The notes beneath the pieces are model-generated. The model saw only the letters and a program-made list of their open reading frames with translations. It had not been told where the DNA came from and did no database searches. From contig JBCNUU010000004.1 of the NCBI GenBank assembly GCA_039630545.1, forward strand, positions 1 to 64,000: a stretch of 64,000 bases of DNA. Direction: 5' to 3'. The DNA comes from Endomicrobiia bacterium. GTDB taxonomy: Bacteria; Elusimicrobiota; Endomicrobiia; DTEH01. Position 1 is the stretch's first letter; the number at the start of each line of letters is the position of its first letter. Position numbers and translations under genes: made by a program. Below are positions 1 to 9,933 of this stretch, in pieces.

Positions 1-1032
1 CTTTTCATCAAAATAATTTCCTTGAGGGTCCTGTTTTAATCTTTCAGTATAATGTCTTAACAACATATTATATAGAAACTGTAAGTTTAAAGGAACTGTA
101 TTAAAGTTAAAATTAAAGTGTGGGCAAACAGATATCTCGTTATAATCATAAAAGTTATTAATGAACTTTGTATGTTCCACATCGAAGTGATTCTGGTTTG
201 AGTTGTTGTTTGTAAATTTTATCTCCAATGAAGAAAAAATTGTTGTTTTACCTAATGGTTTGATAGGCACAAAAAAACTTGTAGAAACTGAATAAGAAAT
301 ATCTTTTCTTTTATCTAAAGAATACTCACCGGTTTCTTTTATTATATATTGATCTATAAAGTTTTTTTGTATACCATATAAGGAAATTTTCATATATTTG
401 TTTATTTTATAGTCAATGCTTAACTCAGAAGCTAAAAAATTTAATATATCTTTACCTACATAAGAGAGCTCCTGACCGTATTTTTCAGAAGCAAGGGTTT
501 TGTAATTATAAAAATTCACATTAAAAATAGACGGCACTACATTTAACTTTGAATTTTCATTAAAACTCAACTCAAAATCCAGACAAAAACTGGGTTTATA
601 GTAATCAAAAAGTCCCTTACCCCATTCTTCATCTTTTGTTTCTTTAAGTAACTGAGAAGTAAAACCTAATTTAGGTTTTATCTTTAAAAAAGAAAATAAC
701 TTAAACACAGGTTTTATGTATATCATGTTTGTCACATACTGCTGAAATAAAGTACCTCCTCCGACCAGTTCTTTTACATCTTTAATACCACTGTATTCAA
801 AAGAATAAACAGGAATTAAAAGATTTTCTTTCCATTTTAAAGCAGGTATTATATTAAAATTAACCCTTCCTCCAAAGGAGGTTCCCTCTTCATCAAAACT
901 ATATCCTCCACCCAAAAGACGAGAACTTAAAAGTAAAGTAACATGAGTTGAATATGAATTTTGAAATATAATGAAGAAAGAAATTATAAAAACGAAAATT
1001 TTGTAAAAAACTTTTAAAGAAGTACTCCGCAT
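1..1032 (-). CDS. Exported hypothetical protein, probable outer-membrane beta-barrel (3' end runs off window; absent from ORF track)
   Basis: Hand translation: ATG at 1032 with AGGAGG (1041-1046) 8 nt upstream, open to position 1. MRSTSLKVFYKIFVFIISFFIIFQNSYS signal-like N-terminus, then aromatic-rich alternating strands (GGGYSFDEEGTSFGGRVNFNIIPALKW...). Confidence 0.7.
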   Translation of the reverse strand, partial: MRSTSLKVFYKIFVFIISFFIIFQNSYSTHVTLLLSSRLLGGGYSFDEEGTSFGGRVNFNIIPALKWKENLLIPVYSFEYSGIKDVKELVGGGTLFQQYVTNMIYIKPVFKLFSFLKIKPKLGFTSQLLKETKDEEWGKGLFDYYKPSFCLDFELSFNENSKLNVVPSIFNVNFYNYKTLASEKYGQELSYVGKDILNFLASELSIDYKINKYMKISLYGIQKNFIDQYIIKETGEYSLDKRKDISYSVSTSFFVPIKPLGKTTIFSSLEIKFTNNNSNQNHFDVEHTKFINNFYDYNEISVCPHFNFNFNTVPLNLQFLYNMLLRHYTERLKQDPQGNYFDEK

Positions 1033-1055
1033 ATAATAGACCTCCTTTCAAAAAC

Positions 1056-2399
1056 TTACTTCTTAATCAAACCAGCATCTAAAAATATTTTAGGTTCAAC
1101 TACCAGATCTATCTTTTTATCCGGACCTTCAAATTCTGAGGCCTCAAAAACAATTTCCTGATTGTAGCTTAAAATTCCATTTGCAATATATTCTTTGTTA
1201 GAAGGAACTTTTCCGTCATCGGTTATCCAGTAATAACTTTCTTTTGCCCAACTACCATCTTTAAATTGAATTGCATATTGATATGCCGCAAAATTTTTAC
1301 CCAGCGGATAAAAAACATCCATCATCTCTGGTAAAAGATTTATTTTTTCTTTTCCATTTATTTTATAAGATATTAAATTTTGTTCATAATGATATAAGTT
1401 GTTTTTTAATACAACACTTCCTTGAGAAACCCACTCTATCTTATCTATAGTATTGCTTGCTCCACAGTAGCTTTCTTTAAGATAATAATCTGGCAAAGAA
1501 GAACCTGACTTCCAGCTTAACCATTTTGTAGCTAATCTCAAATCCGAAGGTAAGTCTTTATTAAATGTAGCAATCCAGGTAAAATAGTCAAATCTGTTTT
1601 GTCTTTCATTTAAAACAACCATTTTAAACTGATCTGATCGCATATTCTTGCGAACAATATATTCTTCTATTCTTACTCTGTTACCCCATACATCTATTAT
1701 GGACTTTCCTTGCTGATACTCAGCAATTTTCATCTCTTCAGCAGCTGCCTGTTGAACCTGTTCTTTGGTCATATCCATACGTACTTCAGAAAGTAATGCT
1801 TCTTTTGTTTCTTCTTTCAAGATATTTTTAGTCTCGTAATAGTCGTTTTTTTCAAATTTTTTAATCTCAGGTAAAGGTAAACCAGGAAGTATCTCAATTT
1901 TTTGTTGATCAGTAAGCTCTATCTCTTCACCCAACAAGGTTTTTACGCTCACAATGCCTTCAAAAACTTTTACTTCTGTTGAAAGATCTTCTTTTACTAA
2001 AACCGAAAACTCTGTACCCCGCACAGACATTACTGCAGTTGGAGAGATTGTTTCAAATTTAGCATCTTTTGGAAGTTTACTTATTTTAAATCTTACTTTA
2101 CCAGATTGCTGCTGTATAGTCTTTTTTGTATCTGAAAGTGTTGACAAACAAATCTCACTTTTTTCATACAAAATAATTTTAGTACCATCATATAACAAGA
2201 GCACTGCTTTTGATTTTTGTTCAGTTTTTATAACCCAGTTTTCATCCAATACCTGCCCTACATAACATTTTATCCAGCTATCTTGAGATTGTAATTTACT
2301 AAAAACTTTTCCTGTAAGTTCAACTATAACCGCTTTGGCACAAAAACTAAACGAAGTGATAAAAAAAGTTATAAGCAAACATGTTGTTATCTTTTTCAT
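1056..2399 (-). CDS. Secreted FecR-domain protein with uncharacterised C-terminal region
   Basis: Signal peptide; FecR-like motif GKVRFKISK...FETISPTAVMSVRGTEFSV...VKVFEGIVSV; RBS GGAGGTG upstream. Confidence 0.8.
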   Translation of the reverse strand: MKKITTCLLITFFITSFSFCAKAVIVELTGKVFSKLQSQDSWIKCYVGQVLDENWVIKTEQKSKAVLLLYDGTKIILYEKSEICLSTLSDTKKTIQQQSGKVRFKISKLPKDAKFETISPTAVMSVRGTEFSVLVKEDLSTEVKVFEGIVSVKTLLGEEIELTDQQKIEILPGLPLPEIKKFEKNDYYETKNILKEETKEALLSEVRMDMTKEQVQQAAAEEMKIAEYQQGKSIIDVWGNRVRIEEYIVRKNMRSDQFKMVVLNERQNRFDYFTWIATFNKDLPSDLRLATKWLSWKSGSSLPDYYLKESYCGASNTIDKIEWVSQGSVVLKNNLYHYEQNLISYKINGKEKINLLPEMMDVFYPLGKNFAAYQYAIQFKDGSWAKESYYWITDDGKVPSNKEYIANGILSYNQEIVFEASEFEGPDKKIDLVVEPKIFLDAGLIKK

Positions 2400-2438
2400 C
2401 TCTACGACACCTCCAAATTAACAAAAAATAAAAAATTG

Positions 2439-5400
2439 TTATTTTATTATTGCAAATTTATAAAGCTTTTTATAATCTCCAGCCTGGAGATAGTAAAAAT
2501 AAATCCCTGAAGCAAGTTTTTCACCCTTGTCATTTGTAAGTTCTATATCTTCCACATTGTAAATATAACCTGCATCTACTTCCTGCTCTGGAAGAGTTCT
2601 AACAAGTTCACCTGCTATATTATAAATTTTAATACTTACCTTTACTTTTCCTGTTCCGGGCAAACAGTATCTTATATTAAATCTGTCCACATTTTTAACA
2701 GGGTTAGGATACACATATGTTTTAAACTCACCACTATATGGTTGTCCAGTAGAAATTTTGACCTTAAATATTGCGAATTTTGAAAGGTGTGTAACTTCAG
2801 CAGAAACCATTTTGGTATCCCAGTCTATACTTAAAGGCACATTTTCTATTTCCCACTTATTAGTAGTTTCATTAAAATAGCACAGTTTCAATATGTCAGC
2901 ATCCTCTTGTGTTGTGGTATCATAAAGTTTTATATTAAGTTTTAGTTTATTGTTTTTTGCTAGCACTGCTAAGGGCCCGGAAATAAGTTGAACTTTCATA
3001 TCATAAATGGCACTTGCTAAATCTCCGGGATATGACAAAGCAGCTTTCGGAAGTTTACTTGAAAATAACCTTGGTGAAAGTTTCCCTAAAACACCAGCAA
3101 CCAATGTTTCTTCTTCAAGTTTTGTTATTACAATTTTAACTTCTGTAGACACATCAACACCTTCAAACTCTGTTCCAGGAATAACCTCAAGACCAGAACT
3201 GTCATTTTCACCTATAGTCGCATTTCCTCCTGTAAGTGGGACTATTATCTTCTCTACTCTTGCATCTTCTCCTAAATAGAATCTATAAAGTTCTTCACCT
3301 TTCTCACCATAATAGTTTACAGCAGAAAATTTAAATTCAAAGTATCCACGGCTAATATCTTCATCTTGTGGGATATATCCAACCACAAGTTGTTTTTTGG
3401 TATCTGATAAATAAAATGGAATTAAAGCACCACCGGCTTGAATTATACTTACAACATCTTCAACATTTTCCTCAATTATGGGTTCTGTAATGAATCCAAA
3501 GATAAGATAAAGATCGAATATATCATCAACAGATAAAGTGGGAATATCTATCTGTTTGTGCTGGAAAAGTTGTGCTATAAACAAATGAGTAGCCCAAGTT
3601 TCCTGTGGCATTGTCATGATTATATTAAGATCATTCAGTTCAAAAAATTGTATCCACTTTGATATGTATTCTTTACGAATATCCTTAAATTTATATGATT
3701 TAACTTCAAAATGAGGTTTTGGTTTTTGATATATCAAATCATAAGTTAAATCTGAACCACTAACATACAACGGCTCAGGATTAACAACAACATAGTTTGC
3801 ACCCTCTGGAACAATAGCCAGATAATATGTAACACCATTTTCTAAACCATTAATCTCATAACCTTCTACTTCTTTAGTTATAGGGTTAGAATGCACAAAA
3901 CCAAATACTATTTTTGAAAAGTTTCTGGTTGAAGCAACAACTGTTTTAACATCGCTTTTCTGGATTTTCTGACCTGTTTTTGTTCTTATAGTGCCGGAAA
4001 CCTTAATACCTTTTTCTAACTCTATAGTTCCAACATCATTCATTCCTTCCACTATATTAACATTTAATACTTTTGTTGTATATCCTCTTGCAAAAATCTT
4101 TAAAACATATTTACCTTTAGAGATTCCCTTAACTTCAAATGTTCCATCTGAATTTGTTAGAACTTTTATACCAGACATCGGATCACCACTTGTAATGTCC
4201 CTTTCACTTTGTACTAATACAACTGCTGCTGGATAATCTTTTATGTCAATTCCAGAAACTTCAAATGGTAAAAGTAACCTTCCAGCATCTTTTGTTGTTA
4301 CTGTTCCTTTTATTTCTGCATCTGCTAAAGCAAGTACTATTTTGAGATTTGTCCTGTATTCTTCTTTTGTAACATTTATAATTTTTATATACTCAGTATA
4401 TTTTGCAAGTTCTGGTTTTAGCTGTAATATATTTTGTTTTTCCTTCGGGTTAACTTTTATTTCCCATAATCTTATTCCTGGATTTATGCCTTTCACAGAG
4501 AAAAATCCATTTCTATCAGTTATACTCCAGCACTCCATCCCAGGACGAAGTTGCATATCCTGCGGATATACTAAAATTTCCACTCCAGAAAGAGGTGTCT
4601 TACCGTCAGAAGCATATACTTTACCTGTTATTTCTACAGCTGGTTTAAGTACTATTTCTCCTGCATCAACGTCCACAGAAGCATTCGGCACAATAATGCC
4701 AGTTTTAGTCGTATTAATGTAGTTAGTATTAAATCCTGATTTATTTGTTACTTTTAGAATATATGTGCCTTCTGGTAAATTGGACAGTTTAAACTCTCCG
4801 GCATTAATTAACTCTTTAGATATTCCACAACCAGGCATATCAGTATTTTTATAAGAACCTTCTGTAAATGGTATAGAGAAACACTCTACCAAAACACCGG
4901 AAGTAACAGGATTTCCAGATTGATCAACTAACCTACCTACTATATTAGCACCTTTATTTAACATAATAGGAGTAAGTGTTAAAGATTCTACATTTGAAGG
5001 TATGCTTAATATTTTTGAATATGATTTGTAGTTCGCAGAAAGAACAAGAAGAATATACTCGCCAGGTGGAACTTTTATAAACTTAAATTGACCTGTAAGT
5101 TGTGTTTTATTTGTTGAATCAAACACTACAGATGTTTCAAACAAAACTTTGCCTGAAAATCTGTCTCTTAAAGTTACACTTATCGTTTCTTCTGTGTTAA
5201 CTGCTAATGAAGGTCTTATAACACTTCCTATAATTTCAACTCCTTCTGAAGCATTAAATTCTACTATCTTTGTTTCACCGGGTTTTACTATAACTGCCTG
5301 TTCAACAGGAGAAACAGTAAATTCTTCTACTATGAATTTTTGAGGATCGCCTTCCTGGTCCGGGTGTCTGTATCTAATTAGAGGCAACTTTCCAACCATT

Positions 5401-8400
5401 ACATAAATATTATATGTGCCCTCTTCTGCACCATAAAAGGTATATTTTAGCGTTTCAGCATCTACAACTTGTATTGTATTATCTATACCTATAGAAATTT
5501 CTTTAATATTCCAAACTTCATCATCTTCTCCCCTTTTAACTCCTTCAGCATGCATAATTTCAGCAACTCTTTTTAACCAAATAGGTTGAACCCTTATTAA
5601 ACCATAAGGTCCTTCCGGTATAACTTGTCCTGCTTTTATCATCTCTAAATAAGTAGTTGTGCCGGAATAAATTTTTTCTAAAAGATACTGTGGACCTTTA
5701 ACTAATACTTCTATTTTCCCGGCAGGTTTTAAAGGAATTTCCCCAATATCTACAGTTGAACCATGAACTGAATAAACCTGCATTCCAAACATCCCGGCAT
5801 TTCCTGTTGGAATGCCAAAGAAATCACCAGGAGCATCTCCGGGTTTAACCGAATATTCTGAACCCCATATTAAACCTTCACCTGTTGGTATATTATTAAA
5901 TGTAAAATTAAAATTTTCATCAGGTTGTGTAAAATAAAAACCACCACCTTCAAATAAAACCAGCATTATTCTTATCCTGGACGGATCTAACTGCTTGCCT
6001 GTATTATTAACAAGCTTACCTTTAAGCACACCTGTGGGAACAAGTATTCTTATTGGTTGAGATAATTCAAGTGTTAGAGTTGATGTTGGTATTTCTATTA
6101 TAAAATCATCTTCAATTTGTAGTCCCTCGCTAAATTCTCCCTCAACAATTATTTTATATTTTTCTTTTTGTTGCAAACCAGGTAAACTGAATGCAACGAG
6201 TTCAGAATTAGCTATTTGTTTACTTGAAACAACTACTCCATACCATCTTCTCGAATAATCTTTTTGTGACTCTAACCCAATAGAAACCCAAACTCCAAGT
6301 ATTTCACCGGAAGGCATAGTTATAGTTTTCATTCTATGTTTTATTTTTTCATATACTCCTTGCCCGAACTGAATTGTTCCTGCTATTTTTGCACCTAAAG
6401 AAAGCACAATTGGCTGTTCAAGCTGCTTTTCAAAACCAGCAACATATACATCTTTTATTTGAACCCTTGCAATATATTGAGCATCTATACCTATAGTATA
6501 GGTAGTGTTTGGTGTTAATGTATCAATAACAAAGGTTTTTTTAGCTCCCGGTAAGATCTCTTCCCTGCTAAACCAAACAAAACTACCACCAGCAAACCTG
6601 TTATCTTTAGTATTTGCCCAGACATTCAACCCTACTCCATTAGTAACTATCGTAAGCAACTCACTAATGAATGTTTCGTCCTCAGGTATTTTTACTGTAC
6701 CCACAAGTTTAGCTGCTTTCGTAAGTTCTAAATTAATGTTTAGTTTTTGTGTGCCAACTTCAAATACGGTTTCTTTTGAAATATATCCCTGTGTCCTTGC
6801 TACTAATCTTATTTTTGAATTAGGATTAACATATAATGTATATGGTGCAGATGTTACTGAAACTTGAGTAGAAGGCAAACTAATATTTATATCCTTCCAT
6901 ACCCAATTTCCACCTGAAAGATTCTGAGCTTCTATACGAACCCATAAGTTATACAAAACATATCCTTTATGATCAACTAACTCTCCCATTTTAGGTGGTT
7001 TAGGCAAAATTATATAACCACTAATTTCTACACCTTTCTTTAATGTTATTTGAAGTCTATCAGCAGCTGTTGGATTTAATTTTGCAACTATACCATCTGC
7101 TGCAAAATTTACATAACCTTCTTTTTGAACCTCAATATGATATTGTTCATTTGCTTTTAAACCACTCACCTCAAAACTCCCATCATCTGCTGAAAAAGCA
7201 CTTCCCCAGGATGTGGGATTTCCACAGCTTATCTTAGCACCTCCCACTGGATTTCCTTGTTCATCTTTCACATAACCAATTATAGAAGGCGCTGCAATAC
7301 TCAGTGTGCTTGTGGTCTTAAATATTATATCTCCATAATAGTCCTCTGCTACTAAAAGATATTTGTATGTACCATTTTTGAGAACTTGATGAGCATTGTC
7401 TTTCCCATCCCATGTGAAAGACACTTCACGAAAACTTATGTTATTTTGATAATCTATAGTAAGTGAATATCCATCTATCCAGTAATCTATAAGTGTATCA
7501 TAAGAAGCTACTATCTTATCATATTCTTCTTGAGTAAGGGGACCTATCAGTTTAGAATAATCTAAAGGTTTAGAAAAGTCCACATAATAGTCAGGATCTT
7601 TTTTTATAAACACTCTGTTCTGATTATCCCATACAAACATATTCCAGTTAATAGGACTAAATTCGTTATCTTTATTTGTATCTATTACAAATTTAATCTT
7701 TGCAGCATTATCATAACTATGTTGAGTAGTATTAACTACATATTTAAGTGATATATTAAGATAATCATTTACATTATCATTATCAGGAGTTATTGTAGTA
7801 GGTCTTATAGATAAATTCTCTACACTGGCTTGTGGTTTTGTTTCCATATATAAATCATAATAGAGAACCATACTATTATGAAATGTATAAAAAGAAATTG
7901 ATAAATCACATTTTTTATATCCTGGTTTAGAAGCAACTAATTTGTAGGAATATAAATATTCATTACTTGAAGCTTTTACTGTAACAGCTGGCAATCTAAA
8001 GTTGTATTTCACGCCATCAAATGATTCTTGATAACTGCTAAAGGACTCAGTAGACAAAATTACCATATCATTTGTCGTATCACTGTCGCCTCTTGTATCT
8101 AATAAACTAACAGTAACTCCACCTATTGGTTGTTGATCTTTGCCATATACTTTCCCACTGATAATAACTGTAATACTACTTAGTTGAATCTCTCTTTGAA
8201 TTAATTCTATATTCTGGCTTATATTAACGCCACCTGTAAGCCGTATTGGACCTACATAAGCTGATGGCTCACCAGAGTCCATCATAGAGTTATTGTTAAG
8301 GTCAGCAAAAGCAGATATATAGTAGTTATCAGCATCGGGGAGGTTTTCAAATTTATAAAAGCCAGAACCGTATCTTTGATATTCCTGGATAATATTATAT

Positions 8401-9899
8401 ATTCCTGAATCTGTGCCATAACCTATCTTCATATGAACATATGCAATAGTTGTTAAAGAATATGTAACATTACCTGAAATAGAATTCCTTGTACTACCCG
8501 CTCCTCCTTGGGGATTAGATAATGTAAGTGTGATGCCTCCCAGATATCCTTGCAGAGATAATGTCGAAGAAATAAAAGATGGCTCTTGTTGTGATTGCCA
8601 TTTTTGGTCATTATTTGCATCAACAAAAGCTAAAATTTTATAGTTATTAGCATCTTGCAAACCATCAAATCTAAAGTATTGTGGATACAAAGGATTATAT
8701 ATAGTTTTACCTGCTACAGGAGGATTACCTTCCACCACCTCCCCCCTAAACAGCAAAAGCACAAGGGGTCCATTTATTATTGTTGGACCGGGATAATTAA
8801 CCACTCCTTCTATTATACTGCTGCCGCTACCACCACCAGAGAGTTGTAATGTCATATTTACACCTGTTGCCCACCGGTTATTATTTGAAGACACCTCTAC
8901 AGGTCCTGCAAGTGCAGAAGCAAGTAATGTTTCTTCGCCGTTTAATAACCTTACTAACCTAACTAAAACATAAAAATTGTTACCATCAGGGATATTATAT
9001 AGAGTATAGTAATATGGAAAACTAAAAGTAAATAACTGTTGACTACTTACAACATCCCAGTTTTGTTGCGGCTGTCCACGCCCCACCATTATCCTCAATT
9101 CATCACCTGGGAAAACATCTGGAAGCACACTTTCATCATAATAAATCGTTCCAGAAATTTTACCCACAGGAAATGTAAGATTTACTCTTGTCATACTACC
9201 CGTAGCAGAAGATACAACCACAGGTCCATATTTAATAAACGGGTCAGAAGTTAGAGAATTAAGGTCATCCAGGATCATAACTATATAATAATCTGTAGCA
9301 TCAGCTAAAAAATTAAATTCATATCTATAAGGAAAAGACGGATTAACTACTTCTTTATAATCCGCAGGACCACCAGGCCACTCACCTTCTCCCCTGCCCA
9401 CAGCCATCCTCAATACAGAAACAGACGAAACCAAACCTTCATAATATACATCGCCCCATATTCTTCCCTGTGGAGGATCTTTAATAGAAAAACTAATGTT
9501 TGAAAGATTTACACCTGTACTAAGATAAACACCTCCAGGAAATTCTCCAAAAGGATCCCCGTATATAGGATTTCCCTGTGTTTGTCCGGATAAGAAATCT
9601 TCTACAAATGGAGGATGCCAGTCTCTTATCGCGTAAACAAAAAGCTGTGCTGGCAGATATTGAGCTGGAATAATTAGAGTATAAGGAAAACTAACATTAT
9701 TACCCGTTATATTATAAGATGATAAAGCAACAGGATAAGAACCTTCTGTTTTCACAGGTAGGGTTGATGCCCACACCCAGAACTTTCCTGTAGATGTCAT
9801 ACCTAAATAAGAAATGGTTCCTGAAATAGTTTCAGCAAACAATTCATTTATTACTAAACTACATAAAAAAACTAAACCACATATTATTTTCTTACTCAT
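2439..9899 (-). CDS. Giant (~2,490 aa) exported multi-domain protein: tandem Ig/transthyretin-like (DUF2141/carboxypeptidase-regulatory-like) domains, internal FlgD-like domain, C-terminal T9SS type A-like sorting domain
   Basis: Start re-called at ATG 9899 (MSKKIICGLVFLCSL signal; AAGGAGGT RBS at about 9910-9917). Recurrent ISGxVxD..GxP..G motifs; C-terminus YVYPNP...IKIYNIAGELVRTL...LASGIYFY...KFAIIK. Confidence 0.75.
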   Translation of the reverse strand: MSKKIICGLVFLCSLVINELFAETISGTISYLGMTSTGKFWVWASTLPVKTEGSYPVALSSYNITGNNVSFPYTLIIPAQYLPAQLFVYAIRDWHPPFVEDFLSGQTQGNPIYGDPFGEFPGGVYLSTGVNLSNISFSIKDPPQGRIWGDVYYEGLVSSVSVLRMAVGRGEGEWPGGPADYKEVVNPSFPYRYEFNFLADATDYYIVMILDDLNSLTSDPFIKYGPVVVSSATGSMTRVNLTFPVGKISGTIYYDESVLPDVFPGDELRIMVGRGQPQQNWDVVSSQQLFTFSFPYYYTLYNIPDGNNFYVLVRLVRLLNGEETLLASALAGPVEVSSNNNRWATGVNMTLQLSGGGSGSSIIEGVVNYPGPTIINGPLVLLLFRGEVVEGNPPVAGKTIYNPLYPQYFRFDGLQDANNYKILAFVDANNDQKWQSQQEPSFISSTLSLQGYLGGITLTLSNPQGGAGSTRNSISGNVTYSLTTIAYVHMKIGYGTDSGIYNIIQEYQRYGSGFYKFENLPDADNYYISAFADLNNNSMMDSGEPSAYVGPIRLTGGVNISQNIELIQREIQLSSITVIISGKVYGKDQQPIGGVTVSLLDTRGDSDTTNDMVILSTESFSSYQESFDGVKYNFRLPAVTVKASSNEYLYSYKLVASKPGYKKCDLSISFYTFHNSMVLYYDLYMETKPQASVENLSIRPTTITPDNDNVNDYLNISLKYVVNTTQHSYDNAAKIKFVIDTNKDNEFSPINWNMFVWDNQNRVFIKKDPDYYVDFSKPLDYSKLIGPLTQEEYDKIVASYDTLIDYWIDGYSLTIDYQNNISFREVSFTWDGKDNAHQVLKNGTYKYLLVAEDYYGDIIFKTTSTLSIAAPSIIGYVKDEQGNPVGGAKISCGNPTSWGSAFSADDGSFEVSGLKANEQYHIEVQKEGYVNFAADGIVAKLNPTAADRLQITLKKGVEISGYIILPKPPKMGELVDHKGYVLYNLWVRIEAQNLSGGNWVWKDINISLPSTQVSVTSAPYTLYVNPNSKIRLVARTQGYISKETVFEVGTQKLNINLELTKAAKLVGTVKIPEDETFISELLTIVTNGVGLNVWANTKDNRFAGGSFVWFSREEILPGAKKTFVIDTLTPNTTYTIGIDAQYIARVQIKDVYVAGFEKQLEQPIVLSLGAKIAGTIQFGQGVYEKIKHRMKTITMPSGEILGVWVSIGLESQKDYSRRWYGVVVSSKQIANSELVAFSLPGLQQKEKYKIIVEGEFSEGLQIEDDFIIEIPTSTLTLELSQPIRILVPTGVLKGKLVNNTGKQLDPSRIRIMLVLFEGGGFYFTQPDENFNFTFNNIPTGEGLIWGSEYSVKPGDAPGDFFGIPTGNAGMFGMQVYSVHGSTVDIGEIPLKPAGKIEVLVKGPQYLLEKIYSGTTTYLEMIKAGQVIPEGPYGLIRVQPIWLKRVAEIMHAEGVKRGEDDEVWNIKEISIGIDNTIQVVDAETLKYTFYGAEEGTYNIYVMVGKLPLIRYRHPDQEGDPQKFIVEEFTVSPVEQAVIVKPGETKIVEFNASEGVEIIGSVIRPSLAVNTEETISVTLRDRFSGKVLFETSVVFDSTNKTQLTGQFKFIKVPPGEYILLVLSANYKSYSKILSIPSNVESLTLTPIMLNKGANIVGRLVDQSGNPVTSGVLVECFSIPFTEGSYKNTDMPGCGISKELINAGEFKLSNLPEGTYILKVTNKSGFNTNYINTTKTGIIVPNASVDVDAGEIVLKPAVEITGKVYASDGKTPLSGVEILVYPQDMQLRPGMECWSITDRNGFFSVKGINPGIRLWEIKVNPKEKQNILQLKPELAKYTEYIKIINVTKEEYRTNLKIVLALADAEIKGTVTTKDAGRLLLPFEVSGIDIKDYPAAVVLVQSERDITSGDPMSGIKVLTNSDGTFEVKGISKGKYVLKIFARGYTTKVLNVNIVEGMNDVGTIELEKGIKVSGTIRTKTGQKIQKSDVKTVVASTRNFSKIVFGFVHSNPITKEVEGYEINGLENGVTYYLAIVPEGANYVVVNPEPLYVSGSDLTYDLIYQKPKPHFEVKSYKFKDIRKEYISKWIQFFELNDLNIIMTMPQETWATHLFIAQLFQHKQIDIPTLSVDDIFDLYLIFGFITEPIIEENVEDVVSIIQAGGALIPFYLSDTKKQLVVGYIPQDEDISRGYFEFKFSAVNYYGEKGEELYRFYLGEDARVEKIIVPLTGGNATIGENDSSGLEVIPGTEFEGVDVSTEVKIVITKLEEETLVAGVLGKLSPRLFSSKLPKAALSYPGDLASAIYDMKVQLISGPLAVLAKNNKLKLNIKLYDTTTQEDADILKLCYFNETTNKWEIENVPLSIDWDTKMVSAEVTHLSKFAIFKVKISTGQPYSGEFKTYVYPNPVKNVDRFNIRYCLPGTGKVKVSIKIYNIAGELVRTLPEQEVDAGYIYNVEDIELTNDKGEKLASGIYFYYLQAGDYKKLYKFAIIK

Positions 9900-9933
9900 A
9901 TGATGATTTACCTCCTTTAAGTTAATTTTATTT

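Noticed and set aside
1954..9254. Short plus-strand ORFs opposite the FecR and giant-protein genes (1954-2265, 3007-3279, 3991-4236, 4243-4722, 6505-6867 etc.)
   Set aside because: Fully antisense to long coherent genes, Ser/Ile/Phe-rich shadow composition, no recognisable motifs.
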